Shown in pieces: positions 28,577-39,879 of a DNA stretch of 64,000 bases (position 1 is the stretch's first letter; every line of letters starts with the position of its first letter). The notes below the pieces were generated by a model. The model had not been told where the DNA came from and ran no database searches. It saw nothing but the letters and a program-made list of their open reading frames with translations. This DNA comes from Eledone cirrhosa (Eukaryota): positions 16,368,001-16,432,000 of the forward strand of contig OZ024753.1 of NCBI GenBank assembly GCA_964016885.1. The letters run 5' to 3'. Made by a program: the position numbers and the translations under genes.

Positions 28577-29069
28577 CTGGATAGAAAGAAGAGCAGCATA
28601 TGGTAAATCAATGATGATAATGATAAAGATAATGATGATAATGATAATGAAATTATTGCATACAGTGCTCAGGTGCACTACAACTCATCAAAGGTGCATG
28701 TATAGTACATAGAATAATATACAAATGTCAGGGAAGTGAATAGTGTATGAGTCATGATACACATGTGTGCGTGTGTATGGAGGGGGAATATTAGGTGTAG
28801 TGTTGGCGAATCTCAGGAAGCGTGGAGGTTTTCATGGAACTGTTAACGGTAGACATTTTAATTGTGTTAACTGTGGTGTATCTACAGTGTAGCCCCAGCA
28901 TTTGCAGCCCCAGATATTTGCGGAACTTTCCTTAGAACCTAACTAGTAATTGTTTGTGGAAACTATCGCATATTCATGGAATCATAAATATTTCCGCGAT
29001 CTTTTTAATGGCTTCTTTGTGGCAATATATATTTTTTTAACCCTAAATTATTAATAACAATTTACTGTA

Positions 29070-29390
29070 TTTGCCAGCCTATTGGACGCCCCATCACATG
29101 GCGGCTTATGGGTGGATGTTGTTTACCTTGACTTTGCTAAAGCTTTCAATTCTGTGCCACACAAAAGACTTATGGCAAAACTCTCTGCAATGAGTTGCAG
29201 TTTAACTAGTTGAAGTCCTTCATTCTCAGTCGAAGAGAGGTAGTCATGGTTCTAGGACAGCATTCCTCACCGTATGAGATGTCATCTGGTGTACCACAGG
29301 GATCTGTTCTTGGCCCCCTTTTGTTTGTGGCATATATTAACGACATAGATGCCAACTTAAAGAATGCCACAGTACTGAAATATGCAGCTC
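29070..29390 (+). mobile_element. CR1/L2-type LINE RT fragment
   Basis: VDVVYLDFAKAFNSVPHKRL...SGVPQGSVLGPLLFVAYINDI...LKYA, frameshifted. Confidence 0.8.
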
Positions 29391-29409
29391 GTCCATATAT
29401 ATATATATT

Positions 29410-29472
<63 letters not shown>

Positions 29473-30146
29473 AAATATGATAATAATGGAGCTGCGGCGC
29501 TGCAAATGGGTTACATATGAAAAAGTTTGTCCTCATCAGTGGCCTTCCAACTGTCGTAGGCATTTCGTCGCATTAAAGGCCATATACCTCAGGTTGGTGC
29601 GAGCAACGGCTAAAAAATGTCGTTGGGACACGTAAATAAAGGGGACGCTAGGGTAAACAAACAAAATGGTGAAGCAACAGAAAGTGAGGAAGAAAGAGAC
29701 AAGTCTCAGATTTCTATAAATTTAAATTCGGTGAAATCGTGAACGAGAGGATAAAGACCATCAAACCTGGTTGAAATGTGAGCAAGGAAGGAATTTCGCA
29801 CAGGTCTAACGGGAGGAAGAAGGGGTCTGGTCTGCGAATTCGGTAAACATAAGTTCTGTGAAGTCGCAGACGAGAGAGAAAGAAAAAAAATTCATACCGG
29901 CTTGGCCAAGTGCCCGCGAGAAAAGGATTACAGACAGGTCAAACGGGAAGAAAGGGGAGGAGGAGAGGTAGTGACAGAGAGTGAGTGAGTGAAAGGTGAG
30001 GAAGAGGCTGACAGAGAGAGAGAGACTGCTAGAAAGAGTAAAGACACAAAGAACGAAACAGACTGGTGGCAGCGGAGGAAAAAATATATGTGTAAATATG
30101 ATAATAATGATAATGATGATGATGATGATATATATATGCATAAAAA

Positions 30147-31372
30147 GTTAACCTGTCTAAGACTAAAGTTCTAGTATGTAGGGAGGAATTAGGGCACCGG
30201 TACCATCTGGGAAATGGCCATGCTCAGTGTGTAGGAAAGGAGTAGGCAGAAACTCCATTTTATGTCCTAAATGCAAAGTATGGGTGCATAAAAGATGTAG
30301 TGGGATCACAGGTAAGCTAACTAAGAATATAGATTTTATATGTGGCCGGTGCTCAGGTGCAATAAGTAGCAGCAAGTGCCCACAGAATACTAGCTCATTC
30401 CATTGCACAGATGGTTCTATAGAAATAGTGGACACCTTCCGTTACCTGGGTGACAAAATCAGCAGTGGGGGAGGGTGCTCTGAAAGTACAGTAGCTAGAG
30501 ACAGAATGGGATGGAAAAAGTTCAGAGAGCTTATACCACTATTGGCCACTAAAGGTTTCTCTCTAAAAATGAAAGGCAGGCTGTATGATGCCTGCATACA
30601 AACAGCAATGTTACATGGCAGTGAGACATGTAACAATGTTACATGTGCAGAGGATATACGCAGATTGGAGAGGAACGAAGCTTGCATGCTCCGTTGGATG
30701 TGTAATAGTAACAGAAAAGCATAAATGAACTAAGTGAGGAATTAGGAATAAGAGGGATCAGATGTTGTTTACTCGAGAGAAGACTACGTTGGTATGGTCA
30801 CGTGATGCGCATGAAAGACGACAGCTGTATAAAAAAGTGCAGGGCGATCAAAATAAACGGTAGCCATGGAGTAGGCAGACCCAGATAAACCAGGGATGAC
30901 TTGATAAATTCCGACCTCACACACTTACACCTCTCCAAGACAATGTCACTGGACCGAGATCTTTGGCGCTACACAGTAATACAGAAGACCCGCCTTGCCT
31001 AAGTACAAAGCAAAACCTACAGTCAGTAGGCACCTCTTAACCAAAATACCCCCCCCCCCCACACACACACACACACACCCCTACCCCCACCCCATTCACA
31101 CCACCCCTTTCGATGTAAAGTTATGTTGGTACCACAACATCCAGTCCTAAATGAATGAGGTCGTGTAGGTGTCACAACAAAAAAAAAACACACAGTCCAC
31201 ACTGTAAACGTGGTTGGTGTTAGGAAGGGCATCCAGCCGTAGAAAACCCACCAGACAGTCCTATATGAGCAAGACAACCAATGTTGCCTCAAGTGGGAAA
31301 ATTCCCGTCCAAACCCATGCTAGCGTGGAAGATGGACGTTAAACGATGATGATGATGATGATGATGATGATA
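30147..31372 (+). mobile_element. 5'-truncated RTE LINE with (GAT)n tail
   Basis: Close homolog of 35370-36626, with frameshifts. Confidence 0.9.
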
Positions 31373-31857
31373 ATAGAGAGAGAGAGAGAGTGAGATGACT
31401 TCTACCAGACTAGAAATGTTTCATTCCTATGAAATCATAAGGAATGAGTAAAACAATTCTAGTCCAGTAGCAGTCATTTCTATATATATAATAAAGATGC
31501 CTATATTGTACCAATGTATTGAGTACCTTTTTTAACTATGGTTACCCCCCCCCCCCCCCGACATAACTCGGGAATCTATACATACATAAGGTATCATGAT
31601 TATAGTGAGGGTTTTTTTTAAATGGTTAACCATACTTTGATAATTGCTAAAACACTGAAAAGAGAGGGGGGGGGGGGCTAAAAAATAAGTGCAGTTTTTA
31701 AATTATCAAAATTTACCCAAGTTTCCATAGGAGTGAAATTATAGATAATATCCAAATAATACTGATCATACTTTAAAATCTCTGTAACCCAAAGTAGCCA
31801 AAATATAGGTGATACTTTTACAAATCTATAAATGTAGATATTTAAGAAAAAACTTAC

Positions 31858-31994
31858 TTTAAATCAATAAATTCCAGTTGTTTCATCTCTGCAATAAAAC
31901 CATCAAGTTTCTCAATAGAATTGTTACGAACACCCAAATGTTTTAAATTAACCAGGTTTGAAATCCACTCAAGGCTTGTCAGGTTATTGTCACC
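31858..31994 (-). CDS. LRRC23: LRRC23-like coding exon
   Basis: ttttag|GGT...TTAAA|gtaagt, 137 nt, phase 0->2. Translates GDNNLTSLEWISNLVNLKHLGVRNNSIEKLDGFIAEMKQLEFIDL, resembling vertebrate LRRC23 (LTTLHLRDNQIDTLSGFSREMKSLQYLNL, recalled from memory). Confidence 0.88.
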
Positions 31995-32011
31995 CTAAAA
32001 ACGCCATTAGA

Positions 32012-32068
<57 letters not shown>

Positions 32069-32315
32069 ATTAAAATACTGGAGCGTGTTGGAGTTAAACA
32101 CCCTCTTCGTATTATAGAAATGACAGTAAAAGGTATAGCTCAATGTAATTAAACAGAGCCGAAGAATTATGAAAATAAAACAAAGAAGCCTTCAATACAT
32201 CAAAAGTCTTTATTAGCCAACAATGTTTTGTCCTATTAAGGACTCATCAGGGCAATTAAAACAACAAGAAGTATTATCGATAAGTATTGGCCGATAATAC
32301 TTCTTGTTGTTTTAA

Positions 32316-32356
32316 TTGCCCTGATGAGTCCTTAATAGGACGAAACATTGTTGGAT
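32316..32356 (+). ncRNA. Minimal hammerhead ribozyme motif (mirror copy on - strand at ~32216-32256)
   Basis: gcc CTGATGA gtcc-ttaata-ggac GAAA cattg TT gg(a). The mirror copy keeps the ggc of stem I but has GAAA->AAAA. Confidence 0.7.
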
Positions 32357-32452
32357 AATAAAGACTTTTGATGTATTGAAGGCTTCTTTGTTTTATTTTC
32401 ATAATATGTGCCCCAGCATGGCCTCAGCCGGATGGCTGAAACAGGTAAAAGA

Positions 32453-32501
<49 letters not shown>

Positions 32502-32542
32502 AAGATATTAATAAATGGAAACTATATTTATAAAACCATATT

Positions 32543-32607
32543 TATTTTATTATATATATTTCAAGGGCGACCAAGCCAATCTTGGTGCGCTTTCATCAGA
32601 TAAAATA
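32543..32607 (-). ncRNA. Type I hammerhead ribozyme motif (family A)
   Basis: tattttat CTGATGA aag..accaag..cttggt..ctt GAAA tatata TA ataaaata: intact core, palindromic stem III. Confidence 0.75.
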
Positions 32608-32752
32608 CAAAATTTGTTTAATAAATAATGACGTACCCATGGAAATCACACCTTAACGGTCGGAAATTTGTTGGATAGTCAATTTCCAGCGAATTTCCGA
32701 CCGTTAAGGTGTGATTTCCATGGGTACGTCATTATTTATTAAACAAATTTTG

Positions 32753-32817
32753 TATTTTATCTGATGAAAGCACACCAAAATGGGCCAGGTCGCCCTTGAA
32801 ATATATTTAATAAAATA
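32753..32817 (+). ncRNA. Type I hammerhead ribozyme motif (family A)
   Basis: tattttat CTGATGA aag...ctt GAAA tatatt TA ataaaata. Confidence 0.65.
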
Positions 32818-32951
32818 AATATGGTTTTATAAATATAGTTTCCATTTATTAATATCTTGGAATATTTACTCCAGTAACTTGTTGAGTGCTCTATATCAGT
32901 TATAAACATTTATGTTTGTCGGAATTCCAACAAATTAAATACAACTTCTAC

Positions 32952-32985
<34 letters not shown>

Positions 32986-32993
32986 ATATATAC

Positions 32994-33025
<32 letters not shown>

Positions 33026-33031
33026 GTATAC

Positions 33032-33083
<52 letters not shown>

Positions 33084-33346
33084 AGAATAGAAATGGCTGT
33101 GTAGTTGCTATTTAAGGTAACTTAAAATGCAGTGGGAATACGAAGAAAGCGAGAGCAGGGGGGTTCCTCATCAGTTGTCTACTGGAGGGCTAGGATATTT
33201 CTACGCTTTAAAGACAAGATACCACTTCACCCCAGGGCGTCAATAATATATATATAATTGAATATATGAGAGGGATGAATACTGATATAAATATACATGT
33301 CTTCCAATTGCAAATGACCAAGTTAGCTATTCAATTATATTACATG

Positions 33347-33538
33347 GTGGTGGACTGGCAGTATCGGTAGAGGGTCGGACGCCATGCTTTGACACGTAGA
33401 GTTACGGTCCTTGCCATTCTGAGTTCAAATCCCGCCGAGGTTAACTTTGCCTTTCATCCTTACGGGGTCGATAAAATAAAGTACCAGTAATGCACTGGGT
33501 AATTGCTGGCCTTGTGCCAAAAAAGAAGAAACAATTAT
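33347..33538 (+). mobile_element. tRNA-derived SINE family 1
   Basis: Full head, core and tail. Flanked by attatattacatgg duplication. Confidence 0.85.
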
Positions 33539-34341
33539 ATTACATGGCTCGGAAAGATTCCCTTCTTTGAGCTATTGAATTGTAAAAGAGTATTTTGAGT
33601 TTCTAACTCAATCTATGATATATCATCATCATCATCATCATCATTTTACGTCCTCTTTTCCCTGCTTGCAAGGGTAGGATGGGAACTGATTCTGGCTTGA
33701 TTTCTACAGCTGGATGCCCTTCCTAACATCAACCTCATTTACAGTGAGTACTGGGTGCTTTTCTTTCCGTGGCACCTCCACGACCACTTTGCAGTGGAAT
33801 GATAGGGATCCCAGTCCCTATCATCTCATTTCTACAGCTGAGTAAACTGGAGCAATATGAAATAAAGTGTCTTGCTCAAGGAAACAACACATCACCCAGT
33901 CTGTGTTGTTTCCTTGAGCAAGATATATATATATATATATATATACATATATATAGATAGATATATAGGACCCCGGGGTCCTGACTCTTTTCCTATTACC
34001 CACTCTACTAACCTAAGTATCAAGTACTCTGGTGTGTTATGGTCCGCCCGGTTCCTTACCACACTTTCTTTGTTATATAGATATACATATGTATACATAA
34101 GGCGTGTGGCTGGGTGGTTAGAGAACTGGATTCGCAATTGTGAGGTTGTGAGTTCGATTCCGGGACCGGGCGATGCGTTATGTCCTTGAGCAAGACACTT
34201 TATTTCATGTTGCTCCTTCTACCTGGAGTTGCGACCGATAGATAGTATTAGCAATTGGAAAGACCAATGGAAACACTGTTTCCTCGGCCCGATTTGACGA
34301 AAGTCGATCGTTAGGAATATGTATACATATATATATATATA

Positions 34342-36626
34342 CGTGAGGACCAAAAACGTGAGGTGTTCAGGATTGCTAGGCAATGTGTCAAGGAAAACAG
34401 TGATATTGTCGGGGAGAAGTGTGTACTTAATGATGACGGCGTACTTGCCATCACCGACGCTGATAAGAAGGTAGCTTGGAAGTGTCACTATGAAAGGCTA
34501 CTAAATGAGGAGAATAAATGGGAGAAAGACAGTCTCCCCCACATCGACCCAATAGAGGGACCAGCAGTGTTAGTCGAGGGTAGTATAATAAGTAAAGCAA
34601 TCAAAGATATGAAGAAGGGTAAGGCGGCTGGGCCTTCGGAAATAGTTGCCGAGATGCTGAAGGCATCTGGTACGGTGGGACACACCATGGTCACCCGGAT
34701 AGTCAACCAAGTCATACAGAATGGGGCTGTTCCGAAGGACTGGCGCAGCAGCATCATCGTTAACTGTTATAAGGGTAAAGGAGATGCCCTAGATAGGAGT
34801 AACTATAGAGGCATTAAATTAATCGACCAGGTCATGAAGGTCACGGAAAAAGTAATAGCGCAACTAATCAGAGAGCGAATTGATCTAGATGAAATGCAGT
34901 TCGGTTTTGTGTCAGGAAAAAGTACCACAGACGCTCTTTTCATTGTACGACAACTACAGGAGAAGTACCTAGCTAAAAGTAAACCCTTATACTTAGCTTT
35001 CGTCGACTTGGAGAAAGCCTTCGACAGAGTCCCCCGTTCCATTATCTGGTGGGCTCTTAGAAAACTAGGTGTTGATGAATGGCTTGTGAGAGCTATACAA
35101 GCCATGTATAAAGAAACAGTCAGCAAGGTTAGAATTAACAACGAATATAGTGAAGAGTTTAGTGTAAAAGTTGGTGTTCATCAGGGCTCTGTTCTTAGCC
35201 CCCTACTATTTATTATTGCCCTCCAGGCTATAACAGTGGAGTTCAAGACCGGCTGCCCATGGGAACTCCTATACGCAGATGATCTAACGCTCATAGCTGA
35301 ATTAATGGCCGAGCTAGAGAAGAAATTCCAAACATGGAAGCACGGCCTAGAATCAAAAGGCCTTAAAATTAACCTGGCTAAGACTAAAGTTCTAGTTTGT
35401 AAGAAAGAAAATAAGGCGGCGGTCCCCTCCGGGAAGTGGCCATGCTCAGAGTGTAGGAAAGGCGTAGGTAGAATCTCCATTTTGTGTCCCAAATGCAAAG
35501 TTTGGGTGCATAAAAGACGTAGTGGGATCACAGGTAAGCTAACTAAGAACATAGATTTTACATGTGGCCGGTGTTCTGGGGCAATAAGTAGCAGCAAGTG
35601 CCCACAGAATACTAGCTCTTTCAACTGCGCAGAGGGTTCTATAGAAATAGTGGACAGCTTCCGTTACCTGGGTGACAAAATCAGCAGTGGGGGAGGGTGC
35701 TCTGAAAGTACAGTAGCTAGAGTCAGAACTGGGTGGAAAAAGTTCAGAGAGCTTATACCACTATTAGCCGCTAAAGGGTTCTCCCTAAAAATGAAAGGCA
35801 GGTTGTACGATGCCTGCATACGAACAGCAATGTTGCATGGCAGTGAGACCTGGGCATTGTGTGCAGAGGATATACGCAGACTAGAGAGAAACGAAGCTTG
35901 CATGCTCCGCTGGATGTGTAATAGTAATATACGTGAACAGCAAAGCATAAACGAACTAAGGAAAAAATTAGAAATAAGAGGGATCAGATGTTGTTTACTC
36001 GAGAGAAGGCTACGTTGGTATGGTCACGTGATGCGCATGAAGGACGATAGCTGTATAACAAAGTGCAGGGCAATAAAGATAGACGGTAGCCACGGAATAG
36101 GCAGACCCAGAAAAACCTGGGACGAGCTGATAAATTCCGACCTCACACACTTACACCTCACCAAGACAATGTCACTGGACCGAGACCTTTGGCGGTACTC
36201 AGTAATAGAGAAGACCCGCCTTACCTAAATACAAAGTAAAACCTACTACAGTCAGTAGGCGTCTCTAACAAAATACACCCCCGTCCCACCACCCCCACCC
36301 CATCCACACCGCCCCTTTCAATGTAAAGTTATGTTGGTGCCACAACATCCAGGCCGAAACAAATGAGATCGTGTAGGTGTCACGTCAAAAAAACACACAG
36401 TTCACGCTGTAATGTGGCCGTGTAGGCAACACGGTAAAAACCTCCCAGCCCCACACTGTAAATGTGGTTGGTGTTAGGAAGGGCATCCAGCTGTAGAAAA
36501 CCCGCCAGATAGCCCTATGCGAGCAAGATAACCACTCTTGCCTCAAGTGGGAAAACCCTCCGTCCAAACCCATGCAAGCGTGGAACACGGACGTTAAACG
36601 ATGATGATGATGATGATGATGATGAT
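34342..36626 (+). mobile_element. 5'-truncated young RTE LINE
   Basis: Open RT ORF, 3' UTR and (GAT)n tail. (TA)-rich sequence on both sides. Confidence 0.93.
34363..36228 (+). CDS. RTE ORF remnant: reverse transcriptase plus PHD-like Cys/His finger, no endonuclease domain
   Basis: NYRGIKL, QFGF, FVDLEKAFDRV, GVHQGSVLSPLLF, LLYADD, then CxxC..CxxCxxWVH..CxxC, FRYLGD and RLRWYGHV. 621 aa without a stop. Confidence 0.9.
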   Translation: MFRIARQCVKENSDIVGEKCVLNDDGVLAITDADKKVAWKCHYERLLNEENKWEKDSLPHIDPIEGPAVLVEGSIISKAIKDMKKGKAAGPSEIVAEMLKASGTVGHTMVTRIVNQVIQNGAVPKDWRSSIIVNCYKGKGDALDRSNYRGIKLIDQVMKVTEKVIAQLIRERIDLDEMQFGFVSGKSTTDALFIVRQLQEKYLAKSKPLYLAFVDLEKAFDRVPRSIIWWALRKLGVDEWLVRAIQAMYKETVSKVRINNEYSEEFSVKVGVHQGSVLSPLLFIIALQAITVEFKTGCPWELLYADDLTLIAELMAELEKKFQTWKHGLESKGLKINLAKTKVLVCKKENKAAVPSGKWPCSECRKGVGRISILCPKCKVWVHKRRSGITGKLTKNIDFTCGRCSGAISSSKCPQNTSSFNCAEGSIEIVDSFRYLGDKISSGGGCSESTVARVRTGWKKFRELIPLLAAKGFSLKMKGRLYDACIRTAMLHGSETWALCAEDIRRLERNEACMLRWMCNSNIREQQSINELRKKLEIRGIRCCLLERRLRWYGHVMRMKDDSCITKCRAIKIDGSHGIGRPRKTWDELINSDLTHLHLTKTMSLDRDLWRYSVIEKTRLT

Positions 36627-36750
36627 CCAGGATATATACATATATATACATATATATACACATATATATATATTCCTATCCAGGAAGCTCCAACCGTTAA
36701 GGTTGTCTTTTTTTCTGAGTATGTCAATATTTATTTATATAACAAATCTG

Positions 36751-36816
36751 TATTTTATCTGATGAAAGCACACCATAATTTGCTTTGGTTGCCCTTGAAA
36801 TATATATAATAAAATA
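36751..36816 (+). ncRNA. Type I hammerhead ribozyme motif (family A, non-palindromic copy)
   Basis: tattttat CTGATGA aag...ctt GAAA tatata TA ataaaata. Confidence 0.72.
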
Positions 36817-37203
36817 AATATGGTTTTATAAATATAGTTTCAATTTATTAATATATTGTATATATGCTTTCCAGCATAAAGTCCCTTTATGATCTGAGTT
36901 CAAATCCCGCCGAGGTTGACTTTGCCTTTCATCCTTACGGGGTCGATAAAATAAAGTACCAGTAATGTACTGGGTAATTGCTGGCCTTGTGCCAAAAGTA
37001 GAAACAATTAATATATTGTATATAATATATATATATTTATTAAAATAACAGATTAAAGTATAAGCAAAGAATCGCTGCTTTCACCCTTAACGGCATCTTC
37101 TGAAACTTTTGCTGAAATATTTGCTCTACGGTTCTTATATATTTGATATATATCTATCCTTATCGAGCCCTCTTTGGATTTTAGTCTTCAAATTTATTAT
37201 TAT

Positions 37204-37243
<40 letters not shown>

Positions 37244-37757
37244 ATAATAAAAAATGTGAAGACTAAAATCCAAAGAGGGCTCGATAAGGATAGATATATA
37301 TCAAATATGTTATTTTAATAAATAAATCGGGGTCGATAAAATAAAGTACCAGTAATGCACTGGGTAATTGCTGGCCTTGTGCCTAAAGTAGAAACAGTTA
37401 TTTTAATAAATAAATAAATATATATATATATATGTAAGAGTTCTATTTAAATTGTTGGGATACAACAAGCAAATATTTTTATAACTGATATAAAGCACTC
37501 AACAAATATTTGGAGTAAAAATTGGATATTAACAAATGGAAACTATAATTATAAAACCATATTTATTTCATTATACATATTTCAAGGACACCAAGTTAAA
37601 TTATGGTGTGCTTTCATCAGATAAAATATAATATAGATCAGTTTTATTAATAAATATTGACATACCCTTAAAAAATGCAACCATTACTGTTAGAAGCTCC
37701 CGGATACTATTTTTTTAAGGGTATGTCAATATTTATTAATAAAACTGATCTATATTA

Positions 37758-37822
37758 TATTTTATCTGATGAAAGCACACCATAATTTAACTTGGTGTCC
37801 TTGAAATATGTATAATGAAATA
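37758..37822 (+). ncRNA. Type I hammerhead ribozyme motif (family A; matching mirror copy on - strand at ~37563-37628)
   Basis: tattttat CTGATGA aag-cacacca..tggtgt-cctt GAAA tatgta TA atgaaata. Confidence 0.72.
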
Positions 37823-37862
37823 AATATGGTTTTATAAATATAGTTTCCATTTGTTAATATCG

Positions 37863-37896
<34 letters not shown>

Positions 37897-37905
37897 CACA
37901 CCATG

Positions 37906-38756
37906 CAGTGGAACAGTGGTTTACAAATGGCTCTCATCATGAACAAACCGGCCCAGAAACAATTTTTTATGAACATAAAACTTGTCGAATGATGAACAGT
38001 GTCTTAAGTAATGAATGCAAACTGGTAAGAATGGTGACAAGCTGGTAAGAACGGTGACAAGCTGGTAAGAACGGTGACAAGCTGGTAAGAACGGTGACAA
38101 GCTGGTAAGAACGATGACAAACTGGTAAGAACGGTGACAAGCTGGTAAGAACGGTGACAAGCTGGTAAGAACGGTGACAAGCTGGTAAGAACGGTGACAA
38201 GCTGGTAAGAACGGTGACAAGCTGGTAAGAACGGTGACAAGCTGGTAAGAACGGTGACAAACTGGTAAGAACGGTGACAAACTGGTAAGAACGGTGACAA
38301 GCTGGTAAGAACGGTGACAAACTGGTAAGAATGGTGACAAGCTGGTAAGAACGGTGACAAGCTGGTAAGAACGGTGACAAGCTGGTAAGAATGGTGACAA
38401 GCTGGTAAGAACGGTGACAAACTGGTAAGAATGGTGACAAGCTGGTAAGAACGGTGACAAGCTGGTAAGAACGGTGACAAGCTGGTAAGAATGGTGACAA
38501 GCTGGTAAGAACGGTGACAAGCTGGTAAGAATGGTGACAAACTGGAAGTTTTGGTAGGAAAGTGGCACTGGCTATAGAGTTAGTTACTATGGTGATATCT
38601 ATCTGGTTTTCACACACACACACACTCTCTCCCTCTCTCCCCCTCTCTCTCTCTCTCTCTCATTGTATTTCTCTCAACATTTTGTATGGGGGAAATAGTC
38701 TCGGGTGACGAACAGCCTTGAGAAACGAATTAAGTTCGTGAATCGAGGTTCCGCTG
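37906..38756. mobile_element. Pogo/Tigger-like MITE remnant containing a 20-bp satellite
   Basis: Ends cagtggaac... / ...cgaggttccgctg|ta, degenerate TIRs. Confidence 0.5.
38019..38545. repeat. 20-bp minisatellite
   Basis: Unit gctggtaagaacggtgacaa. Confidence 0.97.
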
Positions 38757-39171
38757 TACATAGATAAAGATCAAGAAAACAACAATAATAATAGTTTCTA
38801 CATTTGGCAGAAGGCCAGCAATTTGAAGGGAAGGGTTAACTCGATTATATCGACCCTAGTATATTACTGGTGCTTTATTTTATCACCCTTGTATGGATGA
38901 ACGACAAAACTAATCTCAGCTGGATTGGGACTCAGACTAATGACTGATAATAGAAAAAAAAATAAAATGAAAAATATATAAAGTGAGTTCAGAATTAGGA
39001 AATTTAAATACAAAGATAAATTTAAAGGGAGACTACTCCTACGTCTAAGTATCAAGGGAAATAACTAGCAAGAAACAATCTCAATGGAGACAACTACGTT
39101 AATATTTCGATGTATAAATAATTACGATTTAGTATATAAATATATATACGCACACACACACACATACATAT

Positions 39172-39516
39172 GAGGGGGCGAAGGGTGCGTTCATGCAACG
39201 CATGCAGTGCATGCGTTATAGAATCTTGAGTTGATCAATTGCGTCGTAGACACATAAAAACATAACAGACACACACACACACACACATACACACAACAGC
39301 GTCGGTTGAAGCAAGCAGAACTTCGGCTGCTTGCTAAATCGTAGACACATAAAAAGATAACACACACACACACTAGATAACACTACATGCAGCTTTGACA
39401 GGGAGGGTCATTTAGAGGGAATTGTGTGGGTTGGGGGGGGGGGGGCTGCACAGCCCCACTTTCCGCCATGGCGATTGGGCTGCATGCCCTGCTTTCCAGG
39501 TTACCCTTCGCCACTG
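39172..39516. mobile_element. hAT-like MITE
   Basis: Ends gagggggcgaagggt / acccttcgccactg with 8-bp atacatat on both sides. The TSD lies in a low-complexity context. Confidence 0.55.
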
Positions 39517-39531
39517 ATACATATATATATA

Positions 39532-39597
<66 letters not shown>

Positions 39598-39879
39598 CAT
39601 ATATAATAAAAAAAGAAAATTTCTTTGCTCTACATGACTGAATACAATAAATGTAATCTGAGTTTTTCGAATATTAATAATAACATTCGATTCGTTTGCA
39701 ATTATGTAAACAAACCTCAATTTTATAGCCATGTCAGAATAAACCCTTCATTCTTGCTCTTGTGTTGGCATGTGAACAGAACTGCAGACACTAATGTTTC
39801 TGGGTATCACCCTTCATCAGTACAGCTCAGTGCCAAACTGTCAGAGCTACTGAAAATATATGCTATTTTCAAAAATACA

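Noticed and set aside
33125-33180. Minus-strand CTGATGA as a hammerhead (also at ~29533)
   Set aside because: No correctly placed GAAA, stem II or stem I partner.
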